The notes beneath the pieces are model-generated. The model was not told where the DNA came from, ran no database searches, and saw nothing but the letters and a program-made list of their open reading frames with translations. The translations under genes and the position numbers were made by a program. Shown piece by piece: positions 46,445-60,519 of a stretch of 64,000 nucleotides of DNA. This DNA is from Eledone cirrhosa (taxonomy: Eukaryota): NCBI GenBank assembly GCA_964016885.1, contig OZ024743.1, positions 260,028,001-260,092,000 on the forward strand, given 5' to 3'. The stretch's first letter is position 1. Every line of letters begins with the position of its first letter.

Positions 46445-47606
46445 TTATAGTAGGGTATATTGGTATTTCACTTGATATATATACAATGTACTATATAGCT
46501 GTGTATACTGATATTCCATTTGATATATACACAATATGCACTATCGTTGGGTGTATTAATATTTCACTTAATATATATACAATATATACTATGTTTAGGT
46601 ATATTAATATTTCATTTGGTATATACACAATCTACAATGTACATTTGATATATACACAATGGGTATGCTGGTTCTTCATTTGATATATACGCAATGTACA
46701 CTATAGTTGGGTATATTAGTATTTCTTCTTCTTCTTCTTCTTTTTCTTCTTCTTCTTCGCCTACTTATTCCTGAGAGGGTCGTAAGGGCAGAGTCCTCAA
46801 ACACTCCTTCCAGCGGGTCCTTTCAGAAACAACTGTCTTCAACTGATCCAGCTGGATCCCCAAGCGAGACCAGCCAAGCTCCTGGATGTTATCCAACCAT
46901 CTTGCTCAGGGTCTACCTCTGGGTCTCTTACCGGTTGGTTTTGCTCGTAAAATCTGCCCAGAGATTCTTTCCTGAGTCATTCTAACCACATGCCCATAGT
47001 ATCGGAGCCGTGATATCTCAATTCGGAGAAGTATCGGCTCTACCTGAAGTGACACTCTGATCTCCGAGCTACGCACTTTATCGAGTAACGTTACTCCAAA
47101 GATCCTTTATATATACAATATACACTGTAGTTGAGTACAATGATATTTCATTTGATATATACACAATATACACTAGAGTTGAGTACAATGCTATTTCATT
47201 TGATATATACACAATATACACTAGAGTTGGGTATATTGATATTTCATTTGATATATACACAATATACACTGTAGTTGAGTACAATGATATTTCATTTGAT
47301 ATATACACAATATACACTAGAGTTGGGTATATTGATATTTCATTTGATATATACACAATATACACTGTAGTTGAGTACAATGCTATTTCATTTGATATAT
47401 ACACAATATACACTAGAGTTGGGTATATTGATATTTCATTTGATATATACACAATATACACTGTAGTTGAGTACAATGCTATTTCATTTGATATATACAC
47501 AATATACACTAGAGTTGGGTATATTGATATTTCATTTGATATATACACAATATACACTAGAGTTTGGTCTATTGATATTTCATTTGATATATACACAATA
47601 TACACT
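46445..47606. repeat. Second, unrelated 48-bp AT-rich minisatellite, interrupted by an RTE insertion
   Basis: Unit AGTTGGGTATATTGATATTTCATTTGATATATACACAATATACACT(GT/AG), period 48 (47225 and 47273). About 6 diverged units lie left of 46722 and about 10 homogeneous units lie right of 47106. Confidence 0.95.
46723..47106 (-). mobile_element. 5'-truncated RTE-clade LINE 3' end with (GAA)n tail
   Basis: The minus strand translates to GVTLLDKVRSSEIRVSLQVEPILLRIEISRLRYYGHVVRM...GKRPRGRP*ARWLDNI, the typical RTE C-terminus. The (CTT)n run at 46723-46758 on + is the tail. Confidence 0.9.
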
Positions 47607-47686
47607 GTTTTTTCTCAGTCGCCACTCGGCGTAAATTCCTCCCTAGGGAGCCAAACATAACCCGCTTGAGAAGCATTGGTTTAGAT

Positions 47687-47976
47687 CAGTCAAGGGCAAC
47701 CTGCGGTCCGCTAAGCTTTCTGAATGGCTCGCTTAAGTCCCCTAAGTGAAATCTTTCTGATTTGTTTACCCCAATTTTTCACTTGTAATTTATATTTCTA
47801 TCATTTTTACGATCGAGGAAAACAACGTGTACGAAATCTGAAGAAACAAATCAAAACAACCTGAGTTACAGTCCTTTTTTTAATGTGGGCACGAATGTAA
47901 ATTAGCACTTGCGGCCCGCCTGATGATGAGCCATATCTCATGCGGCCCGATTCTCGAAAAAGGTTGCCCATGACTG
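47687..47976. mobile_element. Non-autonomous hAT (Charlie-like) MITE, 290 bp
   Basis: TIRs CAGTCAAGGGCAACCT / AGGTTGCCCATGACTG (15/16 match), with a perfect 8-bp TSD GTTTAGAT at 47679-47686 and 47977-47984 and subterminal GCGGCCCG-type motifs. Confidence 0.92.
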
Positions 47977-48100
47977 GTTTAGATCATACATCTGCTAAAC
48001 CAGATCTAACATGACGATAAGCAACATCAATGACTCACGTGTACGTGGCATGGATTAGTAGAATTGGTGTCCTACCTACACCACTACCGCACCACAACAC

Positions 48101-48869
<769 letters not shown>

Positions 48870-49401
48870 TCAAGAATAAACAAGTCAAAAACAGAGATGC
48901 AAAAACACAAAGTCTTATTAGTTTCATGCATGAGAATGAAAATAAATAAATGAATATATATTTCAGCGTAGCGGACATTAGTCTGTCATCAGGAAAGAGC
49001 AATTTTTGGAGAGAGAGGGGAGGTTGGAAAAGCGGAGGTTGGAAAGTTGAAAAAAAAAACAACCTTTTTTTAAAATAGGTGAGAAGGGAAGGTAAGAAAT
49101 CCGGCGTGCTGAGATGGGGCCTGAGGTGGAAATTCCTGGAGTATCATTGGTACTGTTGCGCATCTGCAGGATGTAGTCCGTATCGTGAGTCTCCATGTCA
49201 AAAATAATATTTCTCATTTGTGTGTATGTGCGTGTTTTGTTTATCGTTTATGGATATGTATATACATATATAATATATGTGTGTGTGTGGTTTTTGTTGT
49301 GGAAGCACGCGTAGTTCCATTATTCTTGACTCAGATAAAATTTTCATTACACGCAATACAATATTTAATAAAGGTTATATATATATACTTTAGTATATAG
49401 T

Positions 49402-50115
<714 letters not shown>

Positions 50116-50432
50116 TTATTTATAATCAATCATATATGTTTTAAAATCATTTTTAATTCTTTACACATGCTGTGGAAACATGTGTAAAGAATTTTAAATG
50201 ATTTAAAAACAAATTTTTCCATCTGTAATTTTCATTATATTTCTTCTGTGTTTATGTCTGACATTGCAACTTTTCTCCCTAAAAAGTCTCTTCTTTCTTC
50301 AGATTAATATATAAGCACATTGAGTTATTTCTAAACTGTCTTGCAATTATATATTACCATATATAATTCTCCACATAAATTTGGTGTTATACATTTTTCC
50401 TTTGCTATATAAAACAAAGGTAAAAATATATA

Positions 50433-51392
50433 GGGCACCTCTTGGGGACAAAGTCATAACCCGGTTTTTGGTAGACCACGATGGGCGCATGCTACTCGAT
50501 CTCGAGAGGATGTGTGGCTTTTCAGTAGCACTTCACTCAACTGTTCGGAGGCAGCGGTGGGCCGGATCGCGAGATAGACTTTAATGCCTACTTCAACGGC
50601 CTGTCGCGATCTCGACCAGTGAGGCGGAGTGTTGCAAAAAGTCAATAACAGCAGCTGAAATACGAGAGGCAACGGCTGAATGTACGAAGAGCAAATCGCC
50701 TGGTTTATATGGTCTGCCCTACGAGCTTTACATTTACATGCCAGATATGTTTGGCGAGCTCTTGATAGACGTCTACTACAACTGACAACAGAACAGGAGG
50801 ATCCCCAGTTCTGTAAGTCGTTAGTTTAAGTCAAGCACCTGCTGTTGGGAGTGTGACAGATCCGACTATCAACTTAGTCCCGTATGAAGATCTCTCCGCT
50901 GTCTCCCATTAGAGGGTAGGGACGGCAAGTTCTTATCTGACTGGTGGCTATGGCGAAAGAGGCAGTGTGGCGGGAGTCCTCTTCGGCGAAACCCTGATTA
51001 ACTTTTACAGGTTTCACTTGAAGGGGGAAATCGGGATGGAGCGGGAAGAGTTACCTTCGAAACTTTGTTCGAAAGTGGGTAAAAGTAATGAGTATGGCCC
51101 GAGTGAATAGGCCTGCCTTCAGTATATGGATCTTGATTGGAAAACAGCTGGGAGGAGGCACTTGCCCTAGAGGTCAGGGTGATCGTAGCTTTTTGTGAGC
51201 TTTTTCCCCGAGTGACACTCGGAGGACTCCCCACCTTTGAGAAATTAGCTATGTTTGATTTTTTAAAATATTTTTCTAAATCTTTGTTACAAGATTTTAT
51301 TTTACACAAAAAATACACTGTACCTTCCTGTATCATCCTGTGCCGTTTTAATGTAAACCCTGAGTGGCTGATAAAGAAATCATTATTATTAT
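50433..51392 (+). mobile_element. Degenerate, 5'-truncated and internally deleted copy of the Tx1/L1-like element at 53229-58992
   Basis: 50441-50820 aligns by eye to ~56418-56790 (the AAATCGCCTGGTTT..ATGGTCTGCCCTA KSPG motif). 50830-51392 aligns to ~58370-58970, with the same 3' end (ACCCT..GTGG.T.ATAAAGAAA.CATTATTAT). Confidence 0.85.
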
Positions 51393-53202
51393 TGTTGTTC
51401 TTTGAGTCTCAGTCATTCATGTTATTTAACTGGAAAGTTTGTTGAAATTAATATCAAGCCGCTACCTGCAGCCTCAGATATTCAGGACGTATCGGAGGGT
51501 TCTTGCTGTTCCCAGCAAGCATGCCTTTTGAAGTGTTCCAAAAAGCGGGGCTGGACTAATCTTCTTTAACCATCCTTGGAAACTCTTTGAGGTATTGTCT
51601 AGTGCGCCTATGACAATCGAGACGACCTTGATTTCATGGCAGTATCAAATACTTTTTAACTCCCACTTTAAGTCCTGGTATCGGTTAATTTTCTCCCTCT
51701 CCTTTTCTTGCACTCTCGTGTCAAATGGCAGGCTACATCTACAATCAGGCACGATCTTTTTTCCTTGTCCAAAACCACCAGGTCAGGCCTATTGTGTTCT
51801 AATTTCTTGTCCGTCTGTATCCTAAAATCCCATAGCACCTTCACCTGATCGTTTTCTATCACCGACTATGGCTTATGCTCATACCACTTCTCAGAATGTG
51901 GTAAATTGTTTAATTTGCATAGATGCCAGTGGATCACCCTGCCTATCACATCATGTCTCCAGCCTTTATAGTGAGTCTGGACTAGGTGTTTACACTCGGA
52001 TACAATGTGAGCCACAGTCTCCTCTCTCTCTCTCTCCACAGATCCTACACAGTGAGCTAGCCTCCTCCTTGTAAATATGGTGTTTCACCCACTTCGTTCT
52101 GAGGGCTTGCTCTGGCGCAGCCATTAGCATTCCTTCTGTAGCTTTTTTAAGGTCTCTTCTTTTTAACCAGTTCCATGTCTGTGGATCTCTAAATTCAGTT
52201 TTCTTAAAGAAGGTACCATGAAGGGATTTTTCATGAAGGTTGCTCTTCCTCCTTGTTGTTGTTTCCTCCTTGGACATCCCCTGGTCTATTGCCTTCTCCT
52301 TCAGTACAATTTTGAGCATTGGCTCCTTACTGTCCGTCACGTATTTGTGCAGGTTGTTTTTCTCCATCTAAACATAGTCCTCTATGCTGATAAGACCTCT
52401 TCCACCTTCAGATCTCTTTAAGTAGAGTATATCGACATCACTCCTCTTGTGGAACATGTTGTAGATAGTCAATAGCTTCCTAGTCTTCCTATCGATTTCT
52501 TTTTGTTCAGTAACATTCCATTTCAGAATTCCCGCACTGTACCTAATAATAGACACAGTTCGGGAATTTACTGCACTTATGACATTCCTACTGTTCAGAT
52601 GTGACTTTAATACGCTCCTTACCCTCCTTATGTATCAATTCCTTCATTTTTTTGTTCTTGATATCATCTGCCTCCAGAACACCTAAATATTTGTATCCCT
52701 CTTCAGTGTCAATTTCCTTTATCATCTCACCTATTGGTATCTGGATTCCATTGCTTCTGCTCAATTTACCCCTCTTCATAACTAGGACTCCACACTTATT
52801 AATTCCAAATTCCATACATATATCATTGCTGAAAATATGGACAGTGTCAACAAGTACATCCAACTCCTTCTCACTCTTCCCAAAGAGTTTAAGATCGTCC
52901 ATGAAGAGGGGGTGGTTGATAGTAAGCTCTCCTTTTCCCAACTTGTATCCTGCTCTCACCTTTCGCAATATAACGGTCAGGGGTATCAGGGCAAGGACAA
53001 ACACCAGAGGGGACAAACTATCTCCCTGGAAGATACCTCTCTTGATCTTCACGCCCAAGGATTCTCCACCCGATGTTAACTCTGTTTCCCAGGACTTCAT
53101 ACTTTTGCTCAACAACTGTCTGATGTTATATGCCACCTTGAAGATCTCTAGGCTTTTGGTTATCCAAGAATGAGGTACCATGTCGAATGCCTTTTTGTAA
53201 TC
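51393..53202 (-). mobile_element. 5'-truncated R4/Dong-clade non-LTR retrotransposon (RT + CCHC + restriction-like endonuclease), pseudogenised
   Basis: RT motifs DYKKAFDMVPHSWI, GIFQGDSLSPL, LFMDDLKL and YKYLG; LYLKRSEGGRGL; CRICG; REL motif LWDFRIQTDKKLEHNRPDLVVLDK..CLIVDVAC. Several stops and frameshifts. Flanked by (ATT)n on both sides. Confidence 0.88.
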
Positions 53203-53689
53203 TAATTATTATTATTATTATTATTATTGGCGATCTACGTAGGAAATCGTATTATCGTGAGCTCTGCAAAGGCTTGTTGTTTTCAGTTGTTTCAAATTGC
53301 CAGTTATGGAAACTTTTTGTTGTTAAGTATTTATAAGTTCACATATATTGCTTTCTGAATAGGACACTAAGAAATTTGGCGCCTTCAAGCCCAAAATTTA
53401 AACTTTTATAATTATCAAACAAAAACTTTCTTTGAAAATAAACATGGACGGCTCTCAGCCACACAAAGCTGACAGCCTTCCTCACAAACTAACACCTCAC
53501 ACCAACACTACCATTGTAAGTATTACTACAGTTGCCAAATATAAGCAGTGGCAATAATTTAAATTTGTCACATGCAGACATTCATTTCCCGCCATTACCA
53601 ATAACTGCAGGTGTTAAAGCCGCCACCTCCACCACCACCACAGCGACAACAGAAACAAAATAAAATAAATTATTATCTCGTGACATCGA

Positions 53690-55329
53690 AATGGATTCAC
53701 CCAGAATAGATTCTTCCACGCCGAACACCACTGACACTACCACCACCACAACTGAAACTAAAAATAACAATAACAAAACTAGCAATAACAACAACAACAT
53801 CAACACCAGCGCAAAACAAAATGTGTCGTTTGGCAAAGCAGCCAAGAAAAGCGAAACAATCGAGGTAAGCCAGGATGAATTAAATGAAGCCAAGAGAATG
53901 GTAAAAAAAGATGGCTACATGGTCAGCCTCACCCACCCCCACCCCATCTAATAAAATGGAGCATCGGCGCCTATGCACCGTGTCATATCGGACGATAAAC
54001 ACAAAATCACGCCGAGTGGAACGGGCATCCGAGTCCCAGATACAAAAAGCTTTGGGGCATGTGTAGGCGAAAAAAACCCACATCAGACGTGGGCAGAAAT
54101 ATGGAACCGTGGACGTGTGCTTTGGAACACCACAGGAAGCCAGAGAGCACTCCGTGGCCCCATTAAGAAGTGACGAATTCACACTCATCCCAAGCTATTG
54201 TGGTCAGAGACTCGTGAAGATCAGGGTGGCCCACATTCCGCCGGCCATCGAAATTCCCTGGCTAATGGCTACCGTCCTCGCCGGCATCGAGGCCAACAGG
54301 AAAATAATTGAGGTAACGAAAGAAAAGCAGAAGAATTGGTCCGGATCTGGGATGGAGCTCCTGATCCAAGCGGACCAAAAAAACATTTAGGAAATTGGTG
54401 ATAGACCTCAATGACGGCATTCAACTCACCGTAATCGTTGAGGATAGAAGGCCTAGGTGTGTAGTTTGTAGCGAAGTAACCCACCTAAAGGCTTTCTTCC
54501 CTCATGCTAAAAAGTTGAGGCCACCTCTCCTACCCACCCCAGTGACTCAACCATCAAATCTACCAGCAGCAGAAATGGCAGCAACAACTGTAGCAGCAAC
54601 ATCCCCAGCAACAGTAACAAAACCAACACCACCACCACCCACCGCGCCAGAACTAGCACCAGCGCCTCCACCATCCACCACGCCACAACCAAAACCAACG
54701 CCTGTGGAGGATTTTCCACTCCCCTACTATCCCAACTGGAGACAGATTTTGACGATGAGGAAGAGTGGGAAATAGTATCAGCAAAAAAAAAAAAGAAAAA
54801 AAGAACCCCAGAAAGAAAAAATCCTCTTCCTTCTCCCTCCAAAAACAAAATGCCGGGGAAACAAATAAGCAAACAAACAGAAACGTTAAGACAGCTATGC
54901 CACCACCCACACCAGCCCCATCACCACAAACACCAACATCATCACCATCATTAACCCCAACACCACAAAAATCACCCAAAAGCGAAACAGAAACAAACCC
55001 ACAGCAAACGCAAACAAAACAAAACAGCCAAAATGATACACACAGCATTAAATTTGAACAACAACCAATTATTACACTACATCCAACACAACACCAGCAT
55101 CACAGAAAACGACTACACAACACCCCAAATGTTCACACAACCTCCTGACATACAAATCACTCGCATCACACAGAAAACGTACACGACACTAAAACAAAAG
55201 TTCCCCAAGGACATCGGAGACTTCCGACAAACACTCTCCAGGAGGATTTATAAGGACATCCTTCCGAAGGAGGCCACAAGCAGTGAGAAGGATGGAGAAA
55301 CCATCTTTCCTCTACGAGATGTGAGGTAA
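53690..55329 (+). pseudogene. ORF1 (gag-like nucleic-acid-binding protein) of the Tx1/L1-like element, disrupted
   Basis: Fragments include VCFGTPQEARE, LVKIRVAHIPPAI and a zinc-knuckle remnant RPRCVVCSEVTHLKAFFP (CX2CX4H), then Pro/Thr-rich and Lys-rich low-complexity segments. Multiple stops and frameshifts. Confidence 0.7.
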
Positions 55330-55364
55330 GTGGTATTTCCCATCTTTTTCCACTCCATTTCAAC

Positions 55365-58300
55365 ATGACCTCACTCAGAATAGGCAGCTAAAATGCGCGT
55401 GGCCTGGGGTCGTCATGAAAGCAGGACCACCTGCTCAACATCCTCAGGTCACTAAACATAGATGTGGTGGCCATCAGCGAGACCAGAATCTCCGAAGCAA
55501 GAGCCTTCGCACCGATCTTCAGCGGCTACGATGTGTACGCATCTCCCAGCCGTCCTGGATCGGGCGTTGCAGTTGCTGTGCTTTTTCGGAGAGGTTTGGA
55601 TCTCGCCATACGGGCCATCTTCCTGGACCCAGAAGGTAAGTTGGTGGTGTTGGACGTGACCAAGGCGGCCTGATTTCTTCCGGCGTCTGGAGACCTTTCT
55701 TGGAACATCCCGCTTTTTAGTGTTAGTGGGCGAGTGAACGGGATTTTAGAAGCACGCTGGGACTGTGTGGGATTAGCGGATAGGGGAGGAGGGTGTAAAA
55801 GCCTCGCAAACCTGCTCAGACGGTTTCAACTGTCTGACAGGTACCGTCTAATTTCCCGAATGAGCCAATGTGGACATGGATAAACTGCATCGGGTCATCC
55901 AGATCATATCTAGATAGGGTATTTTGTAGGGAAATAGATAGGCCTAGCATAGGCTGTTCACATTTCAAAATAGTCGACTACACGGACCACAAATTCGTGA
56001 TCTATGAGGTTGACTTAGATAGGCTTCATAGACAGGGACCCGGCTACTGGAAGCTAAACGCGTCATTAACAGCGCGCAAGGACTACAGAGACCGGATTAG
56101 CGAACTAGTTAAGCGGGCGTTGGCGGGGGCCATCGTCAACAATAAATGGTGGTTTGCTCTGAAAAGAGCGATTAGAATAGATTCCATTGGGTTTAGTAAG
56201 GCTTTAGCAATAGAGAAAAATAGAGCAGAGGGAAAACTAGTTAAAAATTAGACGAGGCGCTTAGTAAAGGCATCGCGACCGACGTACTTGCGGCGAAATT
56301 GGCCCTTGACCAATTCTTCAATACAAAGCATGAAGGCTGCGTTATCAGAGCTAGGGTGCGTGCTCTTAGACACGAGGGAACGAAAGCCGTTCAATGGGCC
56401 CGAGTGGCGGAGGCGCGTCGTGGCAACAAAGCCACGATCCGGTCTTTGGTGGACCTTGACGGACGCATGTTACTCGATCCCGGGCAAATGTGTGAAGCTT
56501 TTCAGTGACACTTCGCTCAGCGGCGGGCCGGATCGAGGGATGGACTTTAGTGCCTACCTCAACGGACTGCCGCGGCTCTCGGCCGCTGAGGCGGAGTGTT
56601 GCGAAAAGCCGATAACAGCCGCTGAAGTACGGGAGGCAATGACTGGCTGCACAAGGGATAAATCGCCTGGTTTGGATGGTCTGCCCTATGAACTTTACGT
56701 ACAGGTGCCAGACTTGTTCGGGGGCCTCTTGGCTGAGGTCTACTGCAACTGGCAACAGAACGGGAGGATTTCAAACTCTGTGAGCTGAAGAGCGGTTGCG
56801 CTGCTGAGAAAGGATCTGAACAAGGGGGGGGGGGGTAACATAGATAATTTCAGGGCCATAACTCTGCTAAACACAGAGTTCAAGATTTTGGCCAAGGTGC
56901 TAGCAAAGAGGTTGGCGCTTGTCGCTGGTAGTCTGGTGGGATAGGCGTAGACATGCGCCATTCCAGACAGATCCATCCACGACAACCTCCACCTCATGCG
57001 ATACATCGTGGAGAGGGTAGCTAGGGAACCTGGCATGGGTGGGTCCTTGATCAACTTAGATCAGTCGAAAGCTTTCGATAGGGTCGACCATCGTTATCTG
57101 GCAGCAGTCCTGAGGGCGGCTGGTTTTGGGCCCGTCTTCAGAGGCTGGATCGCTGCCATGCACAGCGACATCTACTCTGTGGTGAGAGTGAACGTTCACC
57201 TTTCAGAACCATTCAACATCATGCGCTCGGTCCGCCATGGATGTCCCCTCTCGTCCCTCTTGTAGGTATTGACTCTCGAGCCATTACTTCACAAATTGGA
57301 GACGTTGAAGGGGTCCCGCGTGAACTAGGATGCGGAAGATCCGTGTCAGCATATGCGGACGATGTCACCGTAGTGGTGTCGAACGCAAAATACATTGAGG
57401 CAATCGGCACTACACTAAGAGAATACGAAGCGGTGACAGGAGCAATGATCAACCAGGAAAAGTCGGTGGGCCTGCAGCTCGGCACCTGGAGAGGCAGGTC
57501 AATGCCGTCCAACAGCGTCGTCGGGCGCTGGACGGACGGAACGGTTAAATTGCTAGGGGTCTGGTTGGGTCCGGACCTCTAGATGGACAAAAGCTGGGAC
57601 GAGGTGACGAGCAGGGTGGCTTCTCTCGCCCAGAAATGGGCAGAGAGGAAGCTATCCCTGAAAGGCCGAGCGGAGGTGGCGAATGCGTACATGCGTCCGT
57701 CATCTACTACCGCCTGACTGTCGTGCCTTGTCCTAAGCCTCGCCTGACTGCGCTGGAGCGTTTGCCCTTTCGCTTTTTGTGGAAGGGACGCGCTCGAATT
57801 GTCAGGCGGTCCATCTGCTGTCAACTCCCGCTACGTGTAGGGCTGTGCATGCCGTGGCTGATGATGCGCAGACACGCGCTCAGACTACGACATCTCCACC
57901 TCTTCCTCGACGGTGATCAGGTGTGGTCGCCGTTTGCTAGACGCGTCTTTCCTCAGCTCGTCTCTTTGGCGGAACTGCAGTCCTGGGTCAAGCGAAGACC
58001 GAGAGGGAGCGCTTGGAGATTGGAATGTCTTCAGGCGCTTACAGCCCTCGACCAGTCGGGCAATGTGATCGATGGAAACTCTACCTTGGCGTTCTATAGA
58101 GGATTAGCAACGACGTACTTGGGGAAACTCTTGGCCTCGACGAAAATCAACTAGCCAATCTCTTCGGAAGAACTTTCGGGTCGGGGCCTATGGAGAACTT
58201 CCAGAAATCCCTCGTCTGGCAGTGCTACCGAGGAGCTTTGCCAGTTCGGGATAAACTCTACAGACATGGAAGTGCCGTCAGCCGGGCATGTCCGAGATGG

Positions 58301-58704
58301 GCGTAGGGCGACGAAACCGTCCTGCACGCACTCGTCCAGTGTCCGAGCATTGCTGACTTGTGTGTTTATGTCGAACACCTGCTGTCACGTGTAGAACGGA
58401 TCCGGCTATCAGCTGAGTCAATCGTGAGGATTGCCCCGCCTTCTTCCTTTAGCCGGGAAGGGTAGGCAGTTTTTATCTGTCTGGTGGCCATGGCGAAATC
58501 GATAGTATGGTGGACGCGTCTGAAAGGGCTGAAGACGAGCACTTACCTCTTCGGTGATGCCCTAATTAACTTTTTCACATTTCATTTGAAAAGAAAATCA
58601 GGGTAGAGAGGGAAGTGCTCTCTTCCCAGCATTTTGTTGAAAGATGGGTGAGAGAGGCAAGAATGGCCCGTGTGAATGGGCCTACTATGAATATGTGCCT
58701 GTAA
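55365..58704 (+). pseudogene. ORF2 (APE endonuclease + reverse transcriptase + C-terminal CCHC) of the Tx1/L1-like element, disrupted
   Basis: APE region MTSLRIGS*NARGL, VVAISETR, SYLDRVF, YTDHK, GYWKLNASL. RT region KSPGLDGLPYELY, ITLLNTEFKILAKVLAKRL, LDQSKAFDRVDH, VRHGCPLS, AYADDV. C-terminal CPR..DETVLHALVQC. Numerous stops. Confidence 0.9.
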
Positions 58705-59043
58705 ATGAAGGTGGAAAACTGGGAGAGGGCACTCTGGTGGTCAGGGTCACCGTGGCTTTTTTAATGGGCTTTCTCCACGAATGGCCCTCGGAAGTCTCCC
58801 CCCTATTGGGGAATTTTTCATTGTTTCTTTTTTTGTTACATCGTCTGTTTTTGTTTTTTTTTGTTTTATACGCAGAAATGCCCATTTGTACCGTCCTGTA
58901 TTGTCCTGTACTGTCCTTAATGTCTTACTTTGTGTAGACCCTCGTGGTTAATAAAGAAAGCATTATTATCATTATTATTATTATTATTATTACTATTTAC
59001 GTCTTTTAAATGGCTTGTTTTCTTTTTCTTTCGACAGTGTGTA

Positions 59044-59566
59044 AACACACACACATATATATATATGTGTGTGTGTGTATATATATACATATATGCACTC
59101 ATATATATTTGTGTATAGGTATGTATGTATGCATGTATGTATGTATGTGTTTGTGTATGTATGTGTATGTGCGTGTGTATGTATCGATGTGCGTGTGTAT
59201 GTATGTATGTATGTATTATGTATGTATGTGTGTATGTATGTATGTATGTATGTATGTATGTATGTATGTATGTATGTATGTATGTATGTATGTATGTATG
59301 TATGTAGCTCTACGTCTGTTAGTAGATTTTATGGATTGCAATTGAATTTCTCATGGCAAAGGAAATTAGTATTTTCACTCAATAAGAAAAGCAAATAATT
59401 GTCCCGCACTAAATTGAATCTGAATAATTCCTTCTCTCTATTGTTTTCTTATTATTATCATTTCCCATGTAAATAAACAAATAAACAGTCTTGACTAAAT
59501 AATGCTTCGTACACATAAATCGATTAGCATTATGGTAAAGTCATACACAACACACACATCTCTCTC

Positions 59567-59630
<64 letters not shown>

Positions 59631-59783
59631 TTTCTCTCTCTTCATATTTATATACATATATATACACATATACATGTGTATACCTGCACACACATATGTT
59701 TAATATAATACATAGATACATAAGTACATACCTAAATACATACATGAATACATGCGTGCATATGTACATACATACATACATAC

Positions 59784-59814
<31 letters not shown>

Positions 59815-59871
59815 CATACATACATACATACATACATACATACATACATACATACATACATACATACATAC
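59044..59871. repeat. Microsatellite cluster (TATG)n, (CT)n, (CATA)n
   Basis: Direct reading. Confidence 0.95.
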
Positions 59872-59872
59872 A

Positions 59873-60487
59873 TGGTGGCTGCCAACTCGTTTTCGAGTAC
59901 GGCCACTACTTTATATCCATGTAGGAGAACCCCTACCGATGAGCTGAACGAGTGTGACTTTTTAGTCCAGCCAGCGATTTGAAAACTCTGGTACAAACAC
60001 TACACTTGTGACAATTATTGACACATAGTGCTGGGCCCATGGTACCATGTGACGACAGGTGCAGAGAGATCTCCAGATATAAAGCAATGCCTGTGCCGTG
60101 AAGCTTTTATAGTGAGCAAAGGCACTGCACAAAGCCAGTCCCACTCTCTTAACCAAGATGATATTTACCAAAAAGAAGAACAAGTCAACATCATTGGATA
60201 CCATCAGGGTTGCAGGTGTTATATCAGAGTTTTCCTTCTCCTAGAATTCTGCCTTGACAAAGGCTAAGGGGTCATCTCTCCCGGTGATTTTGGATGGCCA
60301 TTGACTCTTAAGAGCTCCTTTGCCCTTTGTCAGGTCACCAGCTGGTGCTACTGGTAACATGTATCCCAGTACAACCTGCTTCATGGTCGGGTCGTTGGCG
60401 ACTAAACTGGCAATCCCACCAAGGTTTCTTGGTGAGGAGGGTGACTTTGGACATCCTGCAGGACTAAAAACAAAACCTGTCAAAGGA
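59873..60487. repeat. Unclassified dispersed repeat, copy 1, bounded by (CATA)n on both sides
   Basis: Shares TGGCT..CTCGTT(T/A)TCGAGTA, GCAATGCCTGTGC, TCCCACTCTC, AAAAGAAGAA and TGACAAAGGCTA with 60520-60935. Confidence 0.7.
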
Positions 60488-60519
60488 CATACATACATAC
60501 ATACAAACATACATGATGA

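Larger units (their letters stand above)
53229..58992 (+). mobile_element. Near full-length Tx1/L1-clade LINE (~5.8 kb), inactivated
   Basis: Two-ORF layout, AATAAA at 58950 and an (ATT)n tail at 58962-58992. An (ATT)n run also sits at the 5' side (53205-53228). The 5' boundary is inferred from that run. Confidence 0.85.

Noticed and set aside
49075-49200. GC-richer island with short ORF (METHDTDYILQMRNST) and splice-like motifs
   Set aside because: Too short, with no recognisable homology.
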